From: a virus
Virus record (IMG/VR): IMGVR_UViG_3300031603_000002
Span: 32,596 to 96,595 of that record
Strand: one strand, 5' to 3'
Length of the DNA stretch: 64,000 nucleotides
Shown here in pieces: positions 1 to 11,500 of this stretch; position 1 is the stretch's first letter; each line of letters begins with the position of its first letter. A model generated the notes under the pieces. It did not search any database. It saw only the letters and a list, made by a program, of their open reading frames with translations, and was not told the DNA's origin. Made by a program: the position numbers and the translations under genes.

Positions 1-13
1 ACTTCTTTCCGAA

Positions 14-214
14 ATGAACCCTAACGGAACAATTTCTGATGATGAGGACCAGGCACGAGATGATCTTATGGCAGCTGTCGAAATACAGGTCGATGAGCTT
101 GTACAATATATTGAAGAGCAAGCGTGGAAAATCGGCGGAGACTTTAGAGGTCCAGGAATCAGATATCAGGCATTGAAGATTCTCAATAAAAGAGTTCAAA
201 GGAGATCACTATGA
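14..214 (+). CDS. hypothetical protein (possibly the 3' part of a gene starting upstream of the window)
   Basis: ORF ends with an ATGA overlap into 211; no motif. Confidence 0.5.
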   Translation: MNPNGTISDDEDQARDDLMAAVEIQVDELVQYIEEQAWKIGGDFRGPGIRYQALKILNKRVQRRSL

Positions 215-708
215 AAATCACACGCAGACAAATCAGAAATTTGATTAGCGAGCAGTCAGACAACGGTTTTTCAGTTGGCGACACAGTCGTTGCAACAATT
301 TTCGGCAAGGCCAAAAAGGGAAAAATCACAGAAATGCATGGCATGGGTGACATGGCAAGCGTAGATTTTGGAAACGGAGACGTTTATGGAATTATGCTGA
401 ACAGGCTAAAACCTTCGAAACGGGTTAACGAGCAGAACTACGGCCGCGGTCAGAACTATGGGTACTCACCCACTGGTCGTCCACCTCGCAAACGCGGATT
501 TAATCAGGCTAGCTCGGCATCAATGTCAGCGGCAAAATCATTGCGTGCAAAATTCAAACGACGATACCCTGACGCACAGATAAAAATTGATGGCAGAAAC
601 GGGTGGATCATCGTAAATGGAAAGAATGTCGTAAACATGGGTGCCAACGGCGCCAGCAATTATGACGAAATGGCAGAAAAAATGGAAGCTGCGTTATCAG
701 GATTCTAG
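211..708 (+). CDS. putative head-internal protein with MKIT..IR.LISE leader and SH3-like domain
   Basis: N-term MKITRRQIRNLISEQ shared with other ORFs; FSVGDTVVA...ASVDFGNG beta barrel; internal VNE site; GGAG SD. Confidence 0.7.
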   Translation: MKITRRQIRNLISEQSDNGFSVGDTVVATIFGKAKKGKITEMHGMGDMASVDFGNGDVYGIMLNRLKPSKRVNEQNYGRGQNYGYSPTGRPPRKRGFNQASSASMSAAKSLRAKFKRRYPDAQIKIDGRNGWIIVNGKNVVNMGANGASNYDEMAEKMEAALSGF

Positions 709-715
709 GTTTACC

Positions 716-722
716 ATACTTA
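716..722 (+). promoter_or_regulatory. putative late promoter ATA(T/C)TTA upstream of tail tube gene
   Basis: ATACTTA; same motif at 3064, 4232, 16111, 17274, 34762, 41148, 45810, 53119, 59295, 60525 and on the minus strand at 21414 and 44197. Confidence 0.7.
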
Positions 723-762
723 GACTTGCAATATAGCGAAGCCTCAGTCTTAGGAGATTAAA

Positions 763-1251
763 ATGGCAGAAACACTATCAGTAACGGACATGCTTCCGAA
801 TAAATTTGAACCAAAACGCCAGTTTAGGTGGGTCCTTGCTGTTGAGGGTATTGATGCCTTTATCGTAAAGACCGCTTCACGACCAAACATCGCGATTGAA
901 GAGCTGGAAATCCCGTATATCAATCACAAACGATATGTGGCAGGCAAGGCGACATTCGAAACGCTTTCAATTACATTGCACGACCCAATTGCTCCGTCAG
1001 GCGCTCAGCAGGTTATGGAATGGATTCGAACACACTTCGAGTCGGTCTCAGGTCGAGCAGGCTATGCAGATTTCTACAAGCGCGACATTCAGTTGAAGAT
1101 GCTTGATCCTGTCGGCACAGTCGTTGAACTGTGGGATATCCGTGGTGCATTCTTGACTGCAGCTGATTTCGGTACGCTTGATTACAGTACATCAGACGCT
1201 TCAGAAATCGCATTGACGGTCCGGTATGATAATGCCGTGCTTCAATATTGA
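763..1251 (+). CDS. tail tube protein (T4 gp19-like)
   Basis: FEPKRQFRW, YVAGKATFETLSITLHDP, YKRDIQLKMLDPVG, FGTLDY pattern; AGGAG SD; head of tail module. Confidence 0.9.
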   Translation: MAETLSVTDMLPNKFEPKRQFRWVLAVEGIDAFIVKTASRPNIAIEELEIPYINHKRYVAGKATFETLSITLHDPIAPSGAQQVMEWIRTHFESVSGRAGYADFYKRDIQLKMLDPVGTVVELWDIRGAFLTAADFGTLDYSTSDASEIALTVRYDNAVLQY

Positions 1252-1273
1252 TGTAACGTTACGATAACGAGAT

Positions 1274-1302
1274 TTTACATAATCCCTTCCTGTTGGTATA
1301 CT
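1274..1302 (+). promoter_or_regulatory. sigma70-like promoter for the endonuclease gene
   Basis: TTTACA-17 bp-TATACT followed by GGGGAGG SD. Confidence 0.6.
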
Positions 1303-1322
1303 AATATCATAGGGGAGGGGTT

Positions 1323-2126
1323 ATGTTTTTATGCCCAAATTGTAATTACAAAACTGAAAAAATCAACTCGTTACGTGTTCATGCACAAAAAGTGCATAAA
1401 CTTTCAAGCGAATCAATTTATCTGTCAACGGTTATTGGAGGCACACGGCCTACGTGTGCGTGTGGCTGTGAATCAAAGACAAAATTCCACGGCATCACAA
1501 AAGGTTATTCAAAGTTTTGCCCGGGTCATCAAGCAAGGATCAAAAACAATTGGGGACATAATGAAAATGCAAAGAAGAAAAGCCAGCAAATACGAAGAGG
1601 AATGTTGAAATCTGGAGAAATGGTCGTGTGGAATAAAGGCTTGACGAAGAATGATGACGAAAGACTTCTCAAGGCCGGAATATCAGTTGCAAAAACTTGG
1701 ACTCCAGAAAAACGAGAAAAGTATAGCAAAATAATGTCAAAAAACAGGTTGGCTGGGATCATTCCATCCTTGACAGGATCAGCACACCCGCAATGGAAAG
1801 GTGGGACATCAACAATCGGTGCTTTATGTCATTCAAACAATCGATTATACAGCGAATGGAAATATCCAAAACTCGCAGCAGCAAAATTCAAATGCGAAAG
1901 ATGCTCAAGCACCACAAAATTGCATGTTCATCATGATAAAGAAAAAATGGCTGCGATCATAAAGGGGCTCCGGAGCGACATTGATGACCTTGTCTTGACA
2001 CCAAAGCAAAATCAAGCAATCGTTGAAAAAGTGATTGATTACCACACATCACAAAAAGTGTCCGGAATCGTCCTGTGTAAGGTTTGCCATGGGCATGAAC
2101 ATCCATCTTTGAATTTTGACAACTAG
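1323..2126 (+). CDS. free-standing HNH homing endonuclease with Zn finger and NUMOD-like motifs
   Basis: CPNC..H..H, CACGC, VWNKG, HPQWKGG, CERC...LHVHH...LCKVCH..EH. Confidence 0.8.
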   Translation: MFLCPNCNYKTEKINSLRVHAQKVHKLSSESIYLSTVIGGTRPTCACGCESKTKFHGITKGYSKFCPGHQARIKNNWGHNENAKKKSQQIRRGMLKSGEMVVWNKGLTKNDDERLLKAGISVAKTWTPEKREKYSKIMSKNRLAGIIPSLTGSAHPQWKGGTSTIGALCHSNNRLYSEWKYPKLAAAKFKCERCSSTTKLHVHHDKEKMAAIIKGLRSDIDDLVLTPKQNQAIVEKVIDYHTSQKVSGIVLCKVCHGHEHPSLNFDN

Positions 2127-2252
2127 CTCAATCATGTCAATCATCTAACAACCCCAGTCGTCCATCCAGCCACCGGAAACTCATTCAATACATACTACAC
2201 CACTTTATTAGTTACGGACGTCCAGAACCCATCATGCGTGATAATTAGTGAT

Positions 2253-3041
2253 ATGAACATCTCATCAATAAGAGCATTTGTCCGCACCACTCTCCTACAA
2301 GAAAAAGCTTCAACGGCAGAAATGGCCTCGAATGACAATTTAGCGCTGGCAACATATAAAGACCGTGACGAGTATGGCGACATTTCATATGTCCTTTTCG
2401 ATAGAAATTTGTTCATTCATTTTTTCATACAAGAAGTCAAGGCAATTGCGAAAGACGATGGCATATCAATCTCTGACATAATAAGAGACGAGTTTGATGA
2501 TGTCTTATCTGACTTATCTGCTAGAATGGCGGAACACGCAGTTTCGTTCGTCCTAGGCACAATTGACATAGAGAAGGCATGGGACGGGCCGAGTAACGAC
2601 GCCAGTATGGTACATGCTCCGGCGGCCTCAAAAGGTTATGGCCCGTTGATGTACGATATAGCCATGGCAGACGCCGGCGAGCTCATGCCTGATCGTCAAC
2701 CCGATGTGTCGAAATCTGCACAGAGCGTTTGGAAATATTACAAAAACAAAAGAAGCGACGTCGTATCAACACCCCTAGACAACATTCGTAATCCGCAGAC
2801 ACCACAAAAAACAGACGATGCCTCTGTTCATAAAAAAGGCAAAGAGAATTTTGGTAACTTCTTGGATTCATCGTACCATCTTAAGGGTAAGGGTCCTGAC
2901 GTTGCTGGAATGACTGCATCATTTAAACAACTCGAGGCGTATGTTGGCAAGAAGCTAAACATAACTCCGTACACCCTCCATGACATTTTGTGGACTTCTG
3001 CCGAGGCTTTTTACGACATCAGGCACGACACAGAAAACTAA
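2253..3041 (+). CDS. GNAT-like acetyltransferase with leader-like N-terminus
   Basis: KGYGPLMYDIAM (GNAT motif A-like), VSKSAQSVWKYY; N-term MNISSIRAFVRTTLLQE; ATAATTA 5 nt before ATG. Confidence 0.6.
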   Translation: MNISSIRAFVRTTLLQEKASTAEMASNDNLALATYKDRDEYGDISYVLFDRNLFIHFFIQEVKAIAKDDGISISDIIRDEFDDVLSDLSARMAEHAVSFVLGTIDIEKAWDGPSNDASMVHAPAASKGYGPLMYDIAMADAGELMPDRQPDVSKSAQSVWKYYKNKRSDVVSTPLDNIRNPQTPQKTDDASVHKKGKENFGNFLDSSYHLKGKGPDVAGMTASFKQLEAYVGKKLNITPYTLHDILWTSAEAFYDIRHDTEN

Positions 3042-3128
3042 CTCACGCGACTTTCACACACTTATACTTATGTTTACAAGCGTGCATACAGGGCTACAGT
3101 ATGTATGTGACAATTACAGGAGTAATAC

Positions 3129-3983
3129 GTGAGCAATAAAAGAGAAGGGAACCATGTTTTCGATGCCCAGCGAGCGCAAGCCAGCGGAATGCAGACAAGA
3201 AATGTGATGAGGGAAGATTTTGGAATGGAAATTCCAGTTGATGCCGCACCACTACCATCACAGGGAAAAATCTACCCAGAAGGTTCGGCGGCACACAATT
3301 GTGAAACGCTTGAAATCAGGGCTATGACGGCAAAGGACGAGGACATTCTAACCAGTCGTGCTCTCCTCAAGAAGGGCACGGTTATCACGGCACTTCTTCG
3401 TTCATGCCTGGTAAACAAAGCAGTCAGGGTTGATCAGCTCATCTCAGGCGATCGTAATGCGCTAATGGTTGCGGTCAGGATTACAGGATACGGCTCTGAT
3501 TACGAGGTCGATATCCCATGTCCAGAGTGTGACCAACACCAAAAGCAAACGTTCAGTCTCGCTGAGCTTCCTATCAAGCGACTAGAAATCGAACCATCAG
3601 AACCAGGCGAGAACAAATTCACCTTCACATTGCCAGTTAGCAAGAAGGTCGTAACGTTCAGGTTCCTAACAGGCGCCGACGAACAGAATATTTCCCTAAC
3701 GGCAGAGCGAAAGAGAAAGAAGAAGCTATCGGGTGATCTCGACAGCATGGTGACTAGTCGACTCCAAGCGGCCGTTGTTGCCGTTGATAACATTGAAGAC
3801 CGTTCAAAGCTCGCAATGTTTGTGAATAACATGCCGGCTCGAGACAGTCGGGCACTTCGCAAGTTCATGAATGATAATGAGCCGGGTATCGAGATGAAGT
3901 GCGTTATGACTTGTGAAAGCTGCTATGAGTCTTCGGAGGTAGACCTGCCCATCGGCACTTCGTTTTTTTGGCCTGACGCCTAA
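3129..3983 (+). CDS. tail/baseplate-hub assembly chaperone (T4 gp26-like)
   Basis: LPSQG..Y, MTAKDEDILT, GDRNALMVAVR, CPEC, LPVSKK..FRFLT; directly upstream of tape measure. Confidence 0.8.
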   Translation: MSNKREGNHVFDAQRAQASGMQTRNVMREDFGMEIPVDAAPLPSQGKIYPEGSAAHNCETLEIRAMTAKDEDILTSRALLKKGTVITALLRSCLVNKAVRVDQLISGDRNALMVAVRITGYGSDYEVDIPCPECDQHQKQTFSLAELPIKRLEIEPSEPGENKFTFTLPVSKKVVTFRFLTGADEQNISLTAERKRKKKLSGDLDSMVTSRLQAAVVAVDNIEDRSKLAMFVNNMPARDSRALRKFMNDNEPGIEMKCVMTCESCYESSEVDLPIGTSFFWPDA

Positions 3984-4218
3984 TGACAAAGAGGTCTACC
4001 TCGAGCCTATATTTTCATTGATGTATTACATGGGCTTTACGTTTTATGATGCCATGAATTTGCCGATTTGGCAGCGTAAATGGTTCGTACAAAGATTCAT
4101 CACGGAAATTGAGTCAAGCAACACATCAAAAAGCGTGACCGACAATGCTCCGGACCAAAGAGCGCTAATGGGGCGCCAGAGAGAACAGGTACCGGCAAGA
4201 TTACGTAGATTCACCTAA
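3943..4218 (+). CDS. second tail chaperone segment, probably reached by a +1 frameshift from the upstream gene
   Basis: frame open from 3943 across the T7 run at 3963-3969; LPIWQRKWF motif; no clear SD before 4018. Confidence 0.65.
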   Translation, partial: TCPSALRFFGLTPNDKEVYLEPIFSLMYYMGFTFYDAMNLPIWQRKWFVQRFITEIESSNTSKSVTDNAPDQRALMGRQREQVPARLRRFT

Positions 4219-4253
4219 CTTTTTCGAAGTCATATTTAGTATAGAGGTGTGGC

Positions 4254-7200
4254 ATGGCAGAAGAAGGCTCAGTCCAACTACAAATACAGAATCAAATGAA
4301 CGAAGCCGTGAAGGCTCGTTCTACTTTGCTTAACACTCAAACTAAGATTTTGTCGACGCAACTTGATTTGGTTGTCAAAATGCGTAATGCTTTGAAAGGT
4401 GAAGGCCTCAAAGAGGCACAGAAGGCAATTGATGATGTAAACAAAGCTTTGGATGCCAACATCATTGCCAGCGAAAAAGCCGCTGAAGGTAACCGTGATC
4501 TAGGAACCGCAGCCGCAGAAACTGGCCAAAAGCTGGAGAAGACAAAAGAGTCCCTTGTCACCGGCAAAAAGGTTTTCGGTGTGTTTGCTGATGCAATGTC
4601 AGCTGGTATCAGCACAATGACAAATGTTGGGAGTTCAATCCTCAACATCGCCGGCGCTATTGGTAAGTTAGGAATCACAATACTATCGACGCCATTCAAA
4701 ATATTTGATGCATTTGTTGAAACAGCACAGACACTTCCAAGAAACACGGCGATTGTTGATGCCCTAGAGGACATCCGCGACGCATTCGGTGATATTGCAA
4801 CAGGACCAGGAAAAGCTGTTGCAAGCCAACTGGGCACGATTAGCAAATCAGCAAGGAATCTGGCTGGGACTGGGTTGAGCGTTACTCGAGTTTTCGGTTT
4901 CGGCGCAGAGGGAATCGCAGGAGCGCTCAAGGCTGTAAACGAATTGGCCCAAGGCACCGGTGAATCGTTCACACGATTGAAAGGGGTTTTCCAAGAGTCC
5001 GGCTTACAGCTCACGATGATGCAAAAAGGCTTGGGCGTCACGGCCGAGAACATGGGCCAGTTGATGAATATCGCTGAACTCCGTGGTGAAGATGTTGGCA
5101 AATCGCTCGAGGAATTCTCAAAAATAACATTGCAAACGGCTGACGAATTTGGAATGGGCGTTAAAACCATGGCCAAAGGAATGGCAGAACTTAATGTAGA
5201 AGTCTCGACGTTTGGTCACCTGGGCCCGAAAGCATTTGCACCGATGGTTGTGTATGCAAAGAAATTGGGTATCGAGGTGAAGCAACTGTCAGGAACAATG
5301 AAGAAATTCTCAGGGTTCTCTGACACAGCAAAAGCTGCATCAGAATTGGCTCAAGGTTTCGGTATGAACATCGATGCTATGAAATTGATGGCTGCGCAGA
5401 ATCCTGCCAAGAAAATTGATATGTTGAGGAAGTCATTTTTCAACGCAGGCAACGACATTTCGAAGATGAGTTACCAGCAACGACAATACCTCGAGCAAAC
5501 AACCGGTCTTGAAGGAACAGCGTTGGAAGCTGCGTTCTCACTGGACAAACAAGGCCTGTCATACGAGAACATTGAAAAACAGGCAAATAAAGCCGGCAAG
5601 CGGCAAATTACACAAAAGAAAGTAATGCAAGATCTCGGTAAGCAAATCAAGAAACTCAATCATTTGATGAACGTCGAAAAATATGCCGGCTTCTTTGATG
5701 CGTTCATCAAAGGCTTTGGCGTTGGGCTTCTGAAGGCTGGCGGAATGCGCGGCGCCCTGAAAAATATCCAGAAGGTACTTCTGAAGGTGCACGTCGCCGG
5801 CCGTCAAGTTGCAAAAATGTTCGTGAAATATTTCCCCGGTGTACAGACGATGCTGTCGGCGATAGGCGAATTGTTTGATCCTGCAAAGATAGACGGATTC
5901 ACTGACGGCATAAAGCATGCATTCAAAACACTATTCCAATCGAAAAATGGGTGGGGTCAGTTCTTCACTGACATTGAAAATGTATTTGAAGAACGTGCTG
6001 GTGTGGGCGGAAGCATACTAAAAAAGCTAAAATCCGGATTCAACAAGTTCGCAACTTTCATTTTGAAGGGCGTAACCTCAGGTATATCAGCAGCTGTCGG
6101 GCAAATAGGCGAAAAAGTATTGCCAGCGATACAAAAATTCCTTGATGGTCTGGCATCTGACCTGGCCAAAGAAGAGAATAAAGGAAAAGGTCTGTTATCG
6201 GTGTTGTTCCAGAAAGCATCATCATCAGACATAACTAAAAAGTTTGGGCCGCTGATGGAGCCGGTGCTTGGTGCTTTACAAAAAGCGTTTACGACATTGG
6301 CACCTAAGGTCGGCAAAATACTCGAGACAGCTTGGCCGCTTATTAAGCCCTATGTCATGAAACTCGCCGGCGTCATGGCACTTTCATTCGCCGCAGGATT
6401 CGCAAAAAGCCTCATAGGCGGAATTGCATCCATCGGTATGTCTGTCATCGGCGCGAATATTTGGGGCGGAGCTAAAAAAAGTGTCGAGAAGGCATCTGGA
6501 AAAGAAGGGCTTGTCCTGCAATCAACGATTCGCGACAAGCTGGATCTCCATGTCAACTCAGCAATAAATAAAATCGATAATACTAAAATTGGCAAAAAGC
6601 TACTTGAAAAATTCGATCGTGTAGCGCTGAAATTCGGCCCGAAAATTGCCGCAGTTGGGACAAAATTAATACCGATTGCAGGCTGGGCAATTGCAATAGG
6701 CGACGCCGCGTTGAGCATAAACAGTCAAATGGACAAAATGGAGGGCAGCTTACAAAAAGATTATGGGAAGCTCGAAGGTACAATTGGCGCTGGCTCAGCA
6801 GGCATGCTCGCTGCATTGACATTGGGATTGCTTCCTGACACGATTTATAAAACGTTCGGCGAAGGTACTGCATCAATCGTAAAGTCTATGCGCGATATGA
6901 GCAAAAAAATTGGTATGGAGAATATATTTGAGACGTACCTGAAGGGCATCCGCGGCCAGATAAAAATATTCCAGGGTCTCGGAGATGTACTCGTCGGCAT
7001 ATTCGAAGGTGATACAGATCGGATCGGCACTGGATTAATCAGAATGTTTGATGGGCTTATGACAAGCCTCACGCTGTTCCCGAAGATGCTGTTTAGTGCA
7101 GTCATCGATTTGGGTCCAACGATTATCAAGGGTTTCTACCGCGCGCTGGAATTTATGTTTTTGGACATTCCGATCGGCATATTCGACATTGTTGTGGGCG

Positions 7201-8369
7201 CAGTAAATGGTTTCGTCGCCCTGGTCTCCGGAGACGGCAAGGGGTTCAGTGGCACCGTCGGTGCAATCGGTGATGCACTCGCGAACATGTTTAGCAGTCC
7301 TTTGGGCTTGCTGCAAGCAGCGCTGGAGGAAACTGCGAACAATTTCATGGAGCAGGGCAAAAGGATTTTCCTTAAGATCAAGCTTGTTGTGGCCAAAGGG
7401 CTGAACGTGATCGGCCAAGTTTCAGATGCAGACGTCAAGGCTGCGAAGATCAATCTCGCCACATTCAATGATGGCGTTAAAGAATCTACAGAAAAAAAGC
7501 TTAAAATTATTGAAGTTGCAAAAAAAGATAGCGAAAATAAAATTAAGCAAATGGGCAAATATAAAGACACCAGCTGGCTTGATATGATAGGTGCCCCTTT
7601 GGATGCAATGAAAAAAATGGAGGCTGCAAAAATATCAGCAGCTGAAAAGAAGAATTATGAAAAAATGTCTGCAGCACGCAGAATGGTTTCACAGATTGAT
7701 GACATAAAAGATATAGAAAAAAAGCTAGCTGCTGCCACAAAAAAATTAGCAAAAATTAACATCAAGAAACTAAAAAAGGATGTAAAATACTCAGTCGAAA
7801 AGCTTGGGCAGATATTTTCCGAAATCGCGACAGTTTTAGATGCTGGTAAGCTAAACGAAACAGCAAAAATAATCGCCCCGGCGTACGACACTTTTTCTTT
7901 GGCCATCGACCAGACACTGGTTCCTATTATGAAGCTCAATGATAAATTCATAGCGCTGAAAACAGGTATGTTGGGAATTACAGACAGCACCGGTATAGCC
8001 GTAAAGGCGATGCGTAAAGCACCGTTTACAAGGCTCACAAAAGAGCTACCGCATATGGAGGCAGCAATTCTCGGTATTGACAAGGTGGTCTCGTCTGTCA
8101 ATACTGCAGGCGGCAAGCTAACAAACGAAAATATCTCAAAGATGCAACCCGTTCTTGATGCTATAAAGGGTTTCAAAGGCGGTAAGATTGAAGTTTCACA
8201 TAACCTGCCCAATACTAAAATAGAGCTTACTGTGAATATAGACAGCAAGAAGCTCGCCGAAGCACTTGTGGCTGTCGACCTAGGCAAAACACCAGCATCA
8301 ACAAGCCCTAACGACAGAACGTATTTAAGCACACAAAAAGGCCAAACGAAATTACCTGGAAGTAAATGA
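4254..8369 (+). CDS. tail tape measure protein
   Basis: 1371 aa, helical Ala/Gly/Lys-rich with hydrophobic stretches; lies between chaperone and baseplate genes; ATATTTA at 4232. Confidence 0.85.
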   Translation: MAEEGSVQLQIQNQMNEAVKARSTLLNTQTKILSTQLDLVVKMRNALKGEGLKEAQKAIDDVNKALDANIIASEKAAEGNRDLGTAAAETGQKLEKTKESLVTGKKVFGVFADAMSAGISTMTNVGSSILNIAGAIGKLGITILSTPFKIFDAFVETAQTLPRNTAIVDALEDIRDAFGDIATGPGKAVASQLGTISKSARNLAGTGLSVTRVFGFGAEGIAGALKAVNELAQGTGESFTRLKGVFQESGLQLTMMQKGLGVTAENMGQLMNIAELRGEDVGKSLEEFSKITLQTADEFGMGVKTMAKGMAELNVEVSTFGHLGPKAFAPMVVYAKKLGIEVKQLSGTMKKFSGFSDTAKAASELAQGFGMNIDAMKLMAAQNPAKKIDMLRKSFFNAGNDISKMSYQQRQYLEQTTGLEGTALEAAFSLDKQGLSYENIEKQANKAGKRQITQKKVMQDLGKQIKKLNHLMNVEKYAGFFDAFIKGFGVGLLKAGGMRGALKNIQKVLLKVHVAGRQVAKMFVKYFPGVQTMLSAIGELFDPAKIDGFTDGIKHAFKTLFQSKNGWGQFFTDIENVFEERAGVGGSILKKLKSGFNKFATFILKGVTSGISAAVGQIGEKVLPAIQKFLDGLASDLAKEENKGKGLLSVLFQKASSSDITKKFGPLMEPVLGALQKAFTTLAPKVGKILETAWPLIKPYVMKLAGVMALSFAAGFAKSLIGGIASIGMSVIGANIWGGAKKSVEKASGKEGLVLQSTIRDKLDLHVNSAINKIDNTKIGKKLLEKFDRVALKFGPKIAAVGTKLIPIAGWAIAIGDAALSINSQMDKMEGSLQKDYGKLEGTIGAGSAGMLAALTLGLLPDTIYKTFGEGTASIVKSMRDMSKKIGMENIFETYLKGIRGQIKIFQGLGDVLVGIFEGDTDRIGTGLIRMFDGLMTSLTLFPKMLFSAVIDLGPTIIKGFYRALEFMFLDIPIGIFDIVVGAVNGFVALVSGDGKGFSGTVGAIGDALANMFSSPLGLLQAALEETANNFMEQGKRIFLKIKLVVAKGLNVIGQVSDADVKAAKINLATFNDGVKESTEKKLKIIEVAKKDSENKIKQMGKYKDTSWLDMIGAPLDAMKKMEAAKISAAEKKNYEKMSAARRMVSQIDDIKDIEKKLAAATKKLAKINIKKLKKDVKYSVEKLGQIFSEIATVLDAGKLNETAKIIAPAYDTFSLAIDQTLVPIMKLNDKFIALKTGMLGITDSTGIAVKAMRKAPFTRLTKELPHMEAAILGIDKVVSSVNTAGGKLTNENISKMQPVLDAIKGFKGGKIEVSHNLPNTKIELTVNIDSKKLAEALVAVDLGKTPASTSPNDRTYLSTQKGQTKLPGSK

Positions 8370-8563
8370 AAACCGACGATGAAAAAATTGATGCAGTCAA
8401 AAAATGGCTTGTAACTGAATCCGCAACTGGAAATGAGCTAGCGGCGGTATACTCATCTTTGCTAACATCGGCAAACACAGAAATTACGTCGCACTATTAT
8501 CTTATGCTCCACGATATGTTAGAATCATTCAAGAAAGTTGCGGCATCTTTCAAGGACAAGTAA
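8366..8563 (+). CDS. hypothetical protein
   Basis: translationally coupled on both sides. Confidence 0.6.
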   Translation: MKTDDEKIDAVKKWLVTESATGNELAAVYSSLLTSANTEITSHYYLMLHDMLESFKKVAASFKDK

Positions 8564-11500
8564 ATGTCAAAAAACACATTCGAGCAAATCGCAGCACAGC
8601 AACTGACAGATCCTGCGTATGACCCGCAATCAGATGATAAGAAGAGTCTGGAGGGCGTCCCGGTCACGGAGCCCAATCAGGCAGACCTCAGTTCGTCGGG
8701 CATAACTGTACTCGGTTCATATCTCAATAGCTATACAACGTCTGGCCGGCGACAAAACGGAACAGGCAACGAATTCTATCCATCATGGGAGGCGTCAGAA
8801 GCACCTTCGCTGAATCGCCCAACAGGAAAAAAAGAGATTCAAAAAGAAGGCAAATCATTCCTGCAACAAGACGATAATGCAAAGATTTCATCCGATGCCT
8901 TTTTCGACACGAAAGATTTAGAAGATCTCCTGAGCAAAGATGGAAGCAAAGAAAGCCCGTCGGGCAATGAGCTACTCCGCTCGGTTGAGGGGAACGACCA
9001 CCCGTTAGTTAGGGCTGTCCTGGACAAGCTTACCAAAGATAACGTGTACACCCCTGAAAAGCATACACAGTTCATCAAGGACAACGGAACGACCAACGAA
9101 GAAATCGCGACACGAGGACTGTTCACAATACAACGCGATCTGGGATCATTTATCCTGGATGGGAAACAAGGAAAAAATGAGTCGTCGGGTCGCCGCGTTC
9201 AAGTTTCAGACATGTCGAAGATGGCACTCGCATTGCTTGCCCAGAGTGTAGGAAACTACACCGCCGCCGGTTCAATCATGGAAAACGGTACGATATCGTT
9301 TCTTTCGAGGAACCTTGCCAACCCTGTTGAGCAATTGGGAATTCAGGGAGTAAGTGTCGATCGCCTAAGACTGTCCGGGCTTTATAGCTCGAACCCAGAC
9401 ATCCGTAGGCTCATCGATGGTGCCAAAGGCCAGAATGATCTGATAACAACACAGAATCAAACAAATCTCAACAATCGCGGCATATCATCAGATGGTGGAA
9501 CCGATCCAAAGCTCCAGTCATCAGCATATAACAGCGTGTCACATTCACAATTGAACTCATTCATGGCACCATTCGGTGGCCTAGTAGGCAGCGCAGGAAT
9601 GCTGACAATTGCCATCGAGGGTGTTTTAGGATTACTCGCGATCTCACTATTACTTTCAGCATTACCTAAAGGAGAAACAAAGGACTACATCGATCCCGAG
9701 AGTCCATGGCTGTACGGGTTAGGCTCACATAGGAAAAATGAAACGACAGGAGCAACGACGATACTTTATGATCTGTTGCGAATCACAGACACAGACTACG
9801 ATTTCAAAAGTTGCGTCGAGACTGGAATTTTATTGCTGCTGGGTTTCAACCCGTCAGTGGGAAAAACCGGTCTTAAAGCGGCGCTTTCAAACCCGGCAAG
9901 CCTGGGTGTATTTGCAGCCAACCTGGCGCTGACTCCGTCATACTACGCAAACCTATTTCGACAAATCACTCGTGATACGAATGATGTTGTTGCAGGTTTC
10001 AGAGAAATCGGAGGAACATACTCAAGCGGTCTAACATCAATAGCAGCAGCAATAGACAAACTGGTGAACTCAAAAGCATACCAATTTGTGATGATGGCTG
10101 CAGGTGTGGGAGATGCGGCCTTAAAATCGATAAACGGCCAACTCGATATGGGCACTACAAATGTGTTGCTTCAAAACCAAGACATCGTACCGGAACAGCT
10201 TGAAGATAAATCTTCGAAAAGCTTCAGGGCGCTTGGTGATTGGCGTCGGCATGTCTCTAGGTGGTCAGGAGGCCGGAACCCGTTGTCATTGCATACTTTC
10301 CCCGCCGCGATTGTTCGACAAACTGAAACCGCAGGTAAGCACACCGCGATTAGATCATACAAAAAGCCAAGTCGGGATGAGGTAGAATCGATTGAAAATG
10401 ATCTGGATGCTGAGTACATGCCATTCTATTTTCATGATTTGAGAACACACGAAATTATATCATTACCTGCGTTCATCACACAGTTTGATGAAAGCTTTAA
10501 TGTAACATACAACTCAAACATCGGGTATGGACGACAAGATCCTGTTCGAATCTATGATAACACAGAGCGTTCTATGAGCTTCGGTTTCAAACTTGTTGCA
10601 TTCAACAAAGAGGACTTTGATGAGATGTGGTTTATGGTTAACAAATTAGTCGCTATGTGTTATCCGCAGTACTCCAAAGGCCGCGAACGACAGTTTTCAG
10701 AAAATGAAACAGAATATAAGTTCACACAACCATTTTCACAAGTACCGGCCGCAAGCCCAATGATTCGTTTACGTCTAGGTGATGTACTGAAATCGAATTA
10801 TAGCCTAAGCTCGGCAAAGAAACTGTTTGGCGATCTGTCGATTGAGGCAGCCACCGAACGAAATGAATACGAAGTTGCAAAAGCAAACAATATTGAGAAG
10901 GCGAGGAAGAAGTTTGAAGCTGACAAACTCGGCACAATGTTCGAATATGGTAAACTCAAAGATCCTACTAAAACATTCCCATACGCAAGTCTCGGCGGAA
11001 GACGGAAAGCTACATGGCCAGACTATGCAGTTGTCAATTTTGTGCCAGCATCATTCGCCGGCAAGTTTAATTTAGGTTCTATCATTCCAGGCACGAAAGA
11101 TAATCAGCGCGACGTAATTGCGAAGTCAACAACAGGATCTGGTAGGTATATCATAAAGGTTACTGCTGCCGACATCGCGTTTGACGTTGCATCTGCAAAA
11201 AAAGCAATATCAGCAGACGTCGAGGCCGCGAAGGCGAAGCTTGATGCAAAACTAAAACTAATACGTGCGCCGACAAATACGCAGCAGTCTGACTTCTTCA
11301 GGCCAGAAAATAATGCAATCATAAGATCATTCAATTCAACACGAGGTAAAGGTCTTGCAGGCGTTATCACATCATTGGCATTCGATTACGGAACGTACCC
11401 GTACGAGATAACCCCAGGAAGTAGGGCACCAAAAATGATCGATGTATCACTTGGCTTTGCGCCAATTCATGACTTGCCACTTGGGTTGGACTATAAGGGC

